NCBI GenBank assembly: GCA_037134795.1
Contig: JBAXLM010000003.1
Span: 1-55,795 of the forward strand
Direction of reading: 5' to 3'
From: Candidatus Omnitrophota bacterium
Lineage (GTDB): Bacteria > Omnitrophota > Gorgyraeia > Gygaellales > Profunditerraquicolaceae
DNA length: 55,795 nt
Below, one piece after another: positions 19,101 through 26,103 of this stretch (position 1 is the stretch's first letter; every line of letters begins with the position of its first letter). The notes beneath the pieces are model-generated. The model had not been told where the DNA came from. It saw nothing but the letters and a program-made list of their open reading frames with translations, and searched no databases. Made by a program: the position numbers and the translations under genes.

Positions 19101-20668
19101 CGGTTTATCACAATTAAGTTTAAATTCTCTAAAACTATAGCCTGGCCTGTGGTTTTTAGACCAGTGAGAAAAAGTACTTTAAATCGGTTGCTGGAAGAAA
19201 ATCTTACTCCATTATTGGCAAGCAATTCGTAGGCTCGCTTAACATACTTTATGCTATTATCGCTATTTGAATAACTAATGCATTCTTTTAAAAAGTTATC
19301 TACTATTTCTATTCCTAACTTGTCGAATAAGCCTTTCTGGAGGCTCAAGCGATAGGCTTTATCAGTAGGCACATAATACTGGTTTATATCCGCGCTGACT
19401 TTTTCCAAAGCTTCAGCTACTCCTGTATTATCTAATGCTAATGCAGCAACAGCTACTCCTGCAACTTTCAAGAATTCCCTGCGGCTAATTCCAACATTAG
19501 AAGGATCACTTGCCGCTTGACTACCCGAAACAACAAACTCCACCAAATTCTTTACTCCTCTAAACATATCTCTTTTTGAAACAATAGCTGAACTAGCAAT
19601 CATCCCTGTAATCTGCGGCCCAAAATTTATCCCTCCGCTCATATAGCTTCTCATACTCTGGCCCTGAGGGGTACGTACTGATTCTTTGGTATCATACTCT
19701 CCCTGCTGGAAGGAACTTTTGTATTGCTGAAAATAATCCTGCTTATCCCAAGCTACCTTTGAAGTAAGGTTAGTAAGATTCCTTTTGTCGATTAACCAAG
19801 AGTAGAGGCCACCTTTGCCATAAAACTTTTGCTTGAACCACTGAGCAAGGATAAGTGAGTAATAAACCTGTCTTAAAGGGGCATATCTTTTGGCGGTGTT
19901 TACATCTTTGGTTAGTTTGGGAATAATTAATTCCCGCATAAGCTGAGAAGAGTATTCATTCAGAGCTTTTTGCCGGTCATCTTTAAAACTGTAGGCAGAT
20001 GAATCTTTTAAGTAGTCTTGCTCCAACATTACCTTTAAGGTTGCTTTGTAGATATAGGCATTATCCGTGGATTCCCTGATAATTATCTCATTCGGAACTA
20101 TCCAGGGCCGTGTCAAAGTAGGAATGCTCACGTTCTCGCCTGCAAAGAGCTCCCCTGCTTTTTTATAAAGCTTACTCCAATATTCTTTGCCTTCGCTGGT
20201 TTGCGGAGAAGTAAAACCTGCGGTATCTTTTTTTAACTGCAGATCAGCTTCAAGAAGAATCTTGCCTATATCTGTTTGCCCTAAATATGGGTCAATGATA
20301 TCTTGCGGAGAATCAGGCCGAAGATTAACCCAAAAACTATCATTAGGCAAAGAGATGCCAATAAAAAAATAATTTAGTAAAGTCTTGGTTGAGTTCTCGA
20401 TTTCTGAAGTTGCTAGATCGCTAGGGTCTCCCTTATCCAAAAGAAGATTAAAGTTGTTATTTAAATTATCATAGGAAATATACCTCAGGTGCGCGGGCCT
20501 AAACTTATTCGCAGTGAAAAAACTTGAGAGGCGGCTAAAGTGGCCGGACAAATCCAGTTCTCCGGCAACCTGGGCAAAAGCCGCCTGCCTGCCGGCAGGC
20601 AGGGATTGCTCAAAAATCAGCAAAAAACAAACTAAAAAATATAATATTTTGGGAAATTTACGTTTCAT
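16175..20668 (-). CDS. Large secreted modular protein (signal peptide; ~350-aa N domain; Tat-like, ART-like and two GNAT-like modules; GGIDF C domain)
   Basis: 1497-aa ORF; SS[P/A/S] linkers; SRREFLK; HGT...L.SIL.NGL; YLNQGFAK and FRSENYAK. Confidence 0.8.
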   Translation of the reverse strand: MKRKFPKILYFLVCFLLIFEQSLPAGRQAAFAQVAGELDLSGHFSRLSSFFTANKFRPAHLRYISYDNLNNNFNLLLDKGDPSDLATSEIENSTKTLLNYFFIGISLPNDSFWVNLRPDSPQDIIDPYLGQTDIGKILLEADLQLKKDTAGFTSPQTSEGKEYWSKLYKKAGELFAGENVSIPTLTRPWIVPNEIIIRESTDNAYIYKATLKVMLEQDYLKDSSAYSFKDDRQKALNEYSSQLMRELIIPKLTKDVNTAKRYAPLRQVYYSLILAQWFKQKFYGKGGLYSWLIDKRNLTNLTSKVAWDKQDYFQQYKSSFQQGEYDTKESVRTPQGQSMRSYMSGGINFGPQITGMIASSAIVSKRDMFRGVKNLVEFVVSGSQAASDPSNVGISRREFLKVAGVAVAALALDNTGVAEALEKVSADINQYYVPTDKAYRLSLQKGLFDKLGIEIVDNFLKECISYSNSDNSIKYVKRAYELLANNGVRFSSSNRFKVLFLTGLKTTGQAIVLENLNLIVINRDLFQWLKEGVLEKWLAIRILQEKIRIENKGKTVLEREEMVRKATLEIMEKMGSMPKNCLIIEQMLLDAFKIIKGKLGNSKGIDYDINRQVMFNKKTGVLSVPFELKAEGKQYVFPIGTGKVLVGDTNLNDEIDIFELQEGFLLASTSGAFSVATLDTNNQASSPINNQSSSPAGRFIDRVNKELLENPQYPMRLVEIVDFKDGLRDPNEEGLGLHGTDLAKLRSILENGLGVGQEANAVFLGINQKGEPFTQNEAYLSFGDVNSSGSIILLFDASKLLALSKWDSGKRIAVDIERMKNESAIGIIANIKDKEEVKNIVGNRNIPMYFFEPKIPSLKSLSNIELRNIIGKIADIEQENYDLSLKIGSVEEQKRIEKVRSDKMRELSEQMSPEQLNEFGKDYLIKEKIASSEDIGRLGFYEIPLAVAITNKTASSSVVDTQMIKALKRIEGLEIKKDGKIYRFKVQRRDNDNWDRVVVLKDERLEEVGFFELSTKSMGFSNARYIKITNESYLNQGFAKLILEEVRKVFPDGKTITTEIASEESLKELVEGKSLFSTGIVRLFESAGWVFTEGGYYDGNGEYHWDPFDEIMANDIRKKEQGIVVATFKAKGVQPYLLGFSPEETNERSSSAIKQPRVEPKEDIGVISINNGDKLSMRKGQEENIVSVAFYNKDGEQIGFVDILLRESLLNYIYINPDFRSENYAKVILDAILDKLQDQSFTSRQFTFVTIYVQNLLIVNYLLGKGFILNPYPLPTEQSLMTKAILSKSGQIEGKISLYIEDETKRDAFKNTLGNEGFEIVDKPIEGETYTVMINAKYTLYFEEKSGEMQANSASPVYNEEQKTGGIDFRALPIASQPVLINQKVNVSIIPPIPLAELNSEWLRIENMLASGITPSSERIKEYLQSCSQQQDFNQDIDKVLSCIADIFRFEEERVADTDASLKAMLMLLESDKPVAQIQLALAQITVQEKEPKLLEQ
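20584..20603. repeat. Family P perfect palindrome CCTGCCTGCCGGCAGGCAGG inside the signal-peptide coding region
   Basis: 20-bp perfect palindrome, translated LPAGRQ. Confidence 0.85.
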
Positions 20669-20715
20669 TTTTAACCTGTTTTAATGTTTTTATCGGCTCA
20701 TCGGCCTTTAAGAGA

Positions 20716-20743
20716 AGTATGCTATATAGGTAAGTGATTTCAA
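20716..20743 (-). promoter_or_regulatory. Putative sigma70 promoter of the 1497-aa gene
   Basis: TTGAAA-16 nt-CATACT on the minus strand. Confidence 0.4.
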
Positions 20744-20780
20744 GAGTAAAACAGGAGTTTTAGGAAAGCGCTTTCTTAAG

Positions 20781-20808
20781 TGTAGCGGACGTTTAAACAT
20801 CCGCTACA
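20781..20808. repeat. GTAG-type REP-like palindrome
   Basis: TGTAGCGGA-CGTTTAAACA-TCCGCTACA. Confidence 0.5.
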
Positions 20809-20819
20809 GGAATTGGAAA

Positions 20820-20852
20820 TAAAAAAAGCCCTAATAGATAGGGCCTTTTTTT
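20820..20852 (-). terminator. Terminator after the cyclophilin gene (possibly bidirectional)
   Basis: GCCCTA-ATAGA-TAGGGC stem flanked by A- and T-tracts. Confidence 0.65.
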
Positions 20853-20880
20853 ATGAAAATATTTAAAGTTGGAGGGGGCT

Positions 20881-21420
20881 CTACTTTACATATGCCCGAA
20901 TGATTTTTTGCTCGACAATCGGCCGGTCTTCGGTATTAACCGGTGTATTTTCAATTTTTTGTACTACCTCTAAACCAGAAACAACCTCGCCAAAAATAGT
21001 ATGGCGCATATTTAACCAAGGGGTTTTAGCGCAGGTGATAAAAAATTGGCTCCCGTTTGTGTTTGGGCCGGAATTAGCCATAGCTAAAATTCCCGCGGAA
21101 TCAAATTTAGCTACTGGAGTAACCTCATCTTCAAAAGCCTTGCCCCAAATTGACTCTCCTCCCGAACCTGTCCCTGTGGGATCCCCGCCCTGAATCATAA
21201 AACCCTTGATTACACGGTGAAAAATTAGGCCATTATAATAACCTTTTTCTGCTAATTTAATAAAGTTTTCGCATGCCTTAGGAGCTAGGTCAACTTTTAA
21301 TTTAATTTCGATATTTCCCTGGTTAGTCTCTAAAACTACAATTTTCTCATCCATAGCAAAACTTCCTCCGTAACAATAAACTAAACAAATAGTTAATAAT
21401 AAAACAGCTAACTTTTTCAT
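20881..21420 (-). CDS. Secreted cyclophilin-type peptidyl-prolyl isomerase
   Basis: FHRVIKGFMIQGGDP, AMANSGPNTNGSQFFI; signal peptide. Confidence 0.95.
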   Translation of the reverse strand: MKKLAVLLLTICLVYCYGGSFAMDEKIVVLETNQGNIEIKLKVDLAPKACENFIKLAEKGYYNGLIFHRVIKGFMIQGGDPTGTGSGGESIWGKAFEDEVTPVAKFDSAGILAMANSGPNTNGSQFFITCAKTPWLNMRHTIFGEVVSGLEVVQKIENTPVNTEDRPIVEQKIIRAYVK

Positions 21421-22163
21421 ATCTTCTTTTCTCCTTCTTCGTTTCTTAGAGATAAAGCCGTTCTTAAATGCGCAATCTCTTCCGCAAAACTTTTTAATCT
21501 CTTTTCTTTTTCCTCTAAATCTTTTTCTAGCTCTCCATATTTCTCATTCAATTGATTAAACTCCGCCTTTGGTACCCATTCACTGATTTTTTCCTTACGA
21601 TTAAACTCCGCAATGGTAGCTGAATATTCACCTATATCTTTAAGCTGTTTTTCAATCTGATGTTTTTGTATTTGCAGCTGTTCTTCTTTAAGCTTAGCCT
21701 CTGCTTCTTTAGCTTCTAAAGAAGCTTTGGTTTCGCGAATCTCTCGTGACAAATTTACGTTTTTAGTAAACTCCTCCTGTACCTCATTTTCTTTGGCAAT
21801 AAATTTATTCTTTAGATCCAAGTTCTCCGGCCGAATCTTATTTAATTCTGCTTCCGCCCTGGCCACCAAATCCTCTCTGCGTTTCAACCCGTCTAAAAAT
21901 CTAACTTCTTGCTCCCCAGTTGCTTTAAATTCAGATTTTTCTTTCCCATGTGCAATCTTAATCTGGCTTAATTCATTCTCTAACTCAGAAACCCGTTTTT
22001 GCAGCTGTTGTATTTTTTGCTCTTTGCTAGGTTCGTCTGGTAAAATTGGCTTCTTATCACTTTTTTCAGGCTGCGCCTCACCAGGCTTACTCAGTACTCC
22101 AAAAACAGCATAGATAATCATGCCTATTCCTAAAACCACTAGTATAAGCATTATCGTCATCAT
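21417..22163 (-). CDS. Membrane-anchored coiled-coil hypothetical protein
   Basis: N-terminal TM helix, then E/K/Q-rich helical region; ATGA overlap with the next gene. Confidence 0.75.
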   Translation of the reverse strand: MMTIMLILVVLGIGMIIYAVFGVLSKPGEAQPEKSDKKPILPDEPSKEQKIQQLQKRVSELENELSQIKIAHGKEKSEFKATGEQEVRFLDGLKRREDLVARAEAELNKIRPENLDLKNKFIAKENEVQEEFTKNVNLSREIRETKASLEAKEAEAKLKEEQLQIQKHQIEKQLKDIGEYSATIAEFNRKEKISEWVPKAEFNQLNEKYGELEKDLEEKEKRLKSFAEEIAHLRTALSLRNEEGEKKI

Positions 22164-22289
22164 CTTAATTTATCCTCCAAGCCATTATCTATTATACTTG
22201 ATAAATCTGTTATTTGAAGCGTTTTTAATTCACAAACAATCAAACAAAGCTGAGGTAAGCGGGCTAAGCCCTATCAGCCTCAATAAAAA

Positions 22290-22446
22290 ATCCCCGCAAA
22301 AGTGCCGTTGGATAGATAGTCTGAACCGATTTGGTTTCAGGTGGGTGCCCTCCACTTAACGCCTTAGCGTTAAGTGAGTTTAGGCTCCCTTGAAAATAGT
22401 GTTGGTTCAATAATTATCAAGATCTCCAACGTGCACCGCAGGGATA
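22290..22446 (-). ncRNA. ssrS: 6S RNA
   Basis: Long rod: CCCTGCGGTGC...GCACTTTTGCGGGG closing stem, TTGAACC/GGTTCA helix, central bubble with GGGAGCC/GGCACCCACC; downstream of pheT as is typical. Confidence 0.85.
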
Positions 22447-22505
22447 TCTAAAAGAACGCTTTGATTCTAAAAAAAGCATAACACATATTTATTAGATAAT
22501 CAATC

Positions 22506-24572
22506 CTAGCGTAATTTTATACCAAATCGCTCAACTAAAAAAGCACAAATAGAATTATGTATTGGCGAGAGTTCTTCTTCGGTAAGCGTCCGATCAGACG
22601 CGCGATAAACACAAGATATGGTCAAGCCCCTAAATCCAGCAGGGATTTGCTTACCTTGATAATAATCCACAACTTTTGCCAAACTCAATAGTGTTAACCC
22701 CTTTTCTTCTATTGCCCGAATCAAATCCTTCGCAGATATATCATCTTTAACTATAAAACTTATATCCCTGGTTATCGCCGGATATCTGGGAATGTTTGAA
22801 AATTTCTTCTTTAAATTGATATATGTAAATATCTTCTCTAAATTTATTTCCGCCAAAACAACTTGCTTGTTTTTGATATCAAAAGCATCTAAAACTTGTT
22901 TATTTAAATCAAGCATAACTCCTACTTCCTGCTCGCCCACAACAATACTAACCTGTTTACCGCCTTTACTCTTAAAACCATACCCCTGTATCCCAAGTTT
23001 ATTAAATAGCTCTTCTAAAATACCTTTTAAATGCAGGAGGGTAATTTCATCTTTGATTAAACCCTGTTTAATCAAGAAGGAGCTGGTCCCACATAAAGCA
23101 ATACCTAGGGATAACTCTTCCTCCGGAACATTATTGCTACCTGAAAAAATATTAGCTACTTCAAAAATATTTACATACTCCTGCTGCTGGTTTAAATTAT
23201 AAGCCAAACAGCGCATAAGGCTAGGCAAAAGCGTAGGACGTAAAACCTCTTGTTCGCAACTTAAAGGATTGGAAATTTCGACTAGATTAACATCAAGTTT
23301 AATTCCTGATTTTGTCAATAACTGCCGATCCACCAAACTATAAGTAATCGCCTCTTGTAAACCTAGCCCCAATAAAATATTCTTAATATAAGAAACAATC
23401 TCTGTCTTACCGAAGATGTTTGGGCCAGGCTTTATTGCAGGTAAGGTTTGAGCAATTGCATCATAACCATAGATACGTGCAACCTCTTCCACTAAATCTA
23501 TTCCAGATTTGATATCCTGCCTGAAACTGGGCACCTTTACTAACAAAGTATTTTTTGCTTGTGTCTTTAAACTAAAACCTAAACTACTTAAGATCTCCCT
23601 TATCTTAAGCGTAGTTATTTTTGTTCCCAGTATTCTATTAACATAAGCAACATCTAACTTAATTGATACGCAGGTGGGTTTAAACACACCTAAGCTTATA
23701 CTACCACTTGGCAGGCCATGAGCCAATTCACAGATTAATTTCTGAGCCGATAAAGAAGTATTTTTTGCGCTTTCTAAATCTACTCCTCTTTCAAATCTAT
23801 AAGCCGACTCAGATTGCAACCCTAACTTTTGCCGGCCTCGGCGCACCAATATAGGATTAAAGATTGCTGATTCAAGTAAAATATTGCGCGTGTTAAAAGT
23901 AACCTCAGTATCTTTTCCGCCCATAACCCCGGCTACGGCTACTGGCTTATCAATATCTGCAATAACTAAAATCTCAGGAGTTAATAACTTTTGCTGATTA
24001 TCAATGGTGGTGATCTTTTCGCCTGCTTTAGCCCGGCGCACAATAACCGTAGCCTGATTTAATTTATCCAGGTCAAAAGCATGCAAAGGATGGCCTAATG
24101 CAAATAAGCAATAGTTAGTAATATCCACAATATTATTTACACTGCGGCATCCTACTAGTTCCAATCGCTTTCTTAGCCACTCCGGAGAAGCACCAACCTT
24201 TACATTTTTAATTATTCTGGCGGTATAAAGCGGACAATCTTTTTTATCCTCAATTTCAATTCTAAAATTACCTTTAAGGGTTTTAACTTTTGGTTCTAAG
24301 TTTTGAATTTTGAGTTTTGAGTTTTTAATTTTGAGTTTTGAGTTTTTAATTTTGAGTTTTGAGTTTGTTATAGCCGCAACTTCCCGGGCAACCCCCAAAA
24401 CGCTTAACCAGTCTGGACGGTTTGAAGTAATTTCTATCTCAAAAATAAAATCACCTTGCGCAGCTTCTAAAGAAACTACTTCTAGCCCAATATTGGTTAA
24501 TTTTTCTGCCAAAGCCTTAGGCGGGATCTTAATATTTAAAAAATCTTTTAGCCAATTATAAGTGACTTTCAC
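22506..24572 (-). CDS. pheT: Phenylalanine--tRNA ligase beta subunit (short form, no B2 OB domain)
   Basis: ITSNRPDWLS..GVARE, NNIVDITNY, FERGVD, DLVEEVARIYGY, C-terminal FDX-ACB. Confidence 0.96.
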   Translation of the reverse strand: MKVTYNWLKDFLNIKIPPKALAEKLTNIGLEVVSLEAAQGDFIFEIEITSNRPDWLSVLGVAREVAAITNSKLKIKNSKLKIKNSKLKIQNLEPKVKTLKGNFRIEIEDKKDCPLYTARIIKNVKVGASPEWLRKRLELVGCRSVNNIVDITNYCLFALGHPLHAFDLDKLNQATVIVRRAKAGEKITTIDNQQKLLTPEILVIADIDKPVAVAGVMGGKDTEVTFNTRNILLESAIFNPILVRRGRQKLGLQSESAYRFERGVDLESAKNTSLSAQKLICELAHGLPSGSISLGVFKPTCVSIKLDVAYVNRILGTKITTLKIREILSSLGFSLKTQAKNTLLVKVPSFRQDIKSGIDLVEEVARIYGYDAIAQTLPAIKPGPNIFGKTEIVSYIKNILLGLGLQEAITYSLVDRQLLTKSGIKLDVNLVEISNPLSCEQEVLRPTLLPSLMRCLAYNLNQQQEYVNIFEVANIFSGSNNVPEEELSLGIALCGTSSFLIKQGLIKDEITLLHLKGILEELFNKLGIQGYGFKSKGGKQVSIVVGEQEVGVMLDLNKQVLDAFDIKNKQVVLAEINLEKIFTYINLKKKFSNIPRYPAITRDISFIVKDDISAKDLIRAIEEKGLTLLSLAKVVDYYQGKQIPAGFRGLTISCVYRASDRTLTEEELSPIHNSICAFLVERFGIKLR
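24277..24367 (-). repeat. In-frame heptamer tandem array in pheT (NSKLKIK repeated)
   Basis: (AAAACTC AAAACTC AAAATTA) 21-bp unit about three times plus degenerate heptamers. Confidence 0.9.
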
Positions 24573-24631
24573 CCAGCGCTTACCTCTCTGTTCTTAACCC
24601 CAGCCCCCTTAGGAAGGACTGGAGCCATCGT

Positions 24632-25645
24632 CTAAAATTGTCTCAAAAACCTTAAATCATTCTCAAAGAATAACCTGATATCATTAATTCCATATTTAAG
24701 CATGGCGATTCTCTCTATCCCCATGCCAAACGCAAAACCAGTATATTTATTAGGATTATAACCCACCTGCTTAAAAACATTAGGATGAATCATCCCCGCG
24801 CCTAAAATCTCAAGCCAACCTTTTCTGCCGCACACAGAACAACCTTGGCTCTTACAGATAATACAAGAGATATCCACTTCTACCGATGGTTCAGTAAAAG
24901 GAAAAAAATGCGGCCGAAAACGCATTTTAATATCACGGCCAAATATGTTTTTAGCAAAAAGTTCCAGTATCCCTTTTAAATCTGAGAACCTGATAAATTC
25001 ATCAACTAAAAACCCCTCAATCTGGTGAAACATAAAAAGATGGCTGGCATCTACAGCATCCGGACGATAAACCCGGCCTGGAACGACTATTGCCAAGGGG
25101 GGCTTGTGCGCTTTCATCACGCGTACCTGCACAGGTGAAGTATGGCTACGCAGGAGCATCAAGGCATAATCTTTCAGGTAGAATGTATCAAAAGCATCGC
25201 GTGAGGGATGATCCAAAGGGATATTCAGGCCAGTAAAATTATTATATTCTGTTTCAATTTCAGGCCCCTGGACTACGGAAAAACCCATGCGGGTAAATAT
25301 GGTGCAGACTTCATCAATAATCTGGGTAATCGGATGCCGCGTTCCTAAGCCCCGGGCAATTCCAGGCATTCCTATATCTAAATCATTGGCTTGAGAAGAA
25401 TCTACTTGTACTTTTAAACTTTTCTCTTTCTCTTGGATAAGAGTAGTTATTTTATTCTTTAGAGCATTGACTTTTTTACCAAATACGCCTCGCTCTTGGA
25501 TAGCAAGCGTGGGAATAACGCTAGTCAACTCTGCGACTAGGCCTTTCCTGCCCAGGTATTTAATACGCACATCTTCTAAACCCTGGATAGAAACAACAGC
25601 AGTTAAATCATCTTCTATTTTTTCTTGAATAAGGTTAATATCCAT
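24632..25645 (-). CDS. pheS: Phenylalanine--tRNA ligase alpha subunit
   Basis: HPSRDAFDTFY, LLRSHTSPVQ, FFPFTEPS, GFAFGMGIERIAM. Confidence 0.97.
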   Translation of the reverse strand: MDINLIQEKIEDDLTAVVSIQGLEDVRIKYLGRKGLVAELTSVIPTLAIQERGVFGKKVNALKNKITTLIQEKEKSLKVQVDSSQANDLDIGMPGIARGLGTRHPITQIIDEVCTIFTRMGFSVVQGPEIETEYNNFTGLNIPLDHPSRDAFDTFYLKDYALMLLRSHTSPVQVRVMKAHKPPLAIVVPGRVYRPDAVDASHLFMFHQIEGFLVDEFIRFSDLKGILELFAKNIFGRDIKMRFRPHFFPFTEPSVEVDISCIICKSQGCSVCGRKGWLEILGAGMIHPNVFKQVGYNPNKYTGFAFGMGIERIAMLKYGINDIRLFFENDLRFLRQF

Positions 25646-26103
25646 ATTAAAAATAATGCCACTAATAAAATAAGCGCTAAATTCCTTTTATCTAAATTAA
25701 CCCCTTCGGAAACTACTCTACCATTAGCAATTTTACGTATTCCTTGCGCATGAATATCCAAATCTCCGCCATGCTCAAGACAAGCTCTATTAAATATGCC
25801 AACTATCTCTAAGTTATCCCCTCGAGATTTATAATTACCGGTAAATTTTATCTGGCTGGCTAAAGATGCATTCATCCATACGCCAAGCGCGTTATCTCCG
25901 TCATTAATATTAACCCAGGCAAAGTTGCCGCGTAACATTACATCTCCAATAACTTCACCGGAATAAGTAACGGTTAAGCCGCTATATTGCTTAGCATTTT
26001 TAATCAATTCATTGCTACTCAATTCTTGGGCAAAAGAAATACGCGCAGGAATTAATGCAACAAAAAATATAATTATTAAATTTAATTTTAAATTAATTTT
26101 CAT
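25615..26103 (-). CDS. Exported OB-fold-like protein with C-terminal TM, coupled to trkH
   Basis: Signal peptide, GEVIGD...W.N.NDG, G.F..AC.EHGG.LDIHA, C-terminal TM. Confidence 0.65.
   Translation of the reverse strand: MKINLKLNLIIIFFVALIPARISFAQELSSNELIKNAKQYSGLTVTYSGEVIGDVMLRGNFAWVNINDGDNALGVWMNASLASQIKFTGNYKSRGDNLEIVGIFNRACLEHGGDLDIHAQGIRKIANGRVVSEGVNLDKRNLALILLVALFLIWILTLFKKK

Noticed and set aside
24596-24626. GC-rich hairpin between pheS and pheT
   Set aside because: Single imperfect copy with no second instance in the window; no function can be supported.
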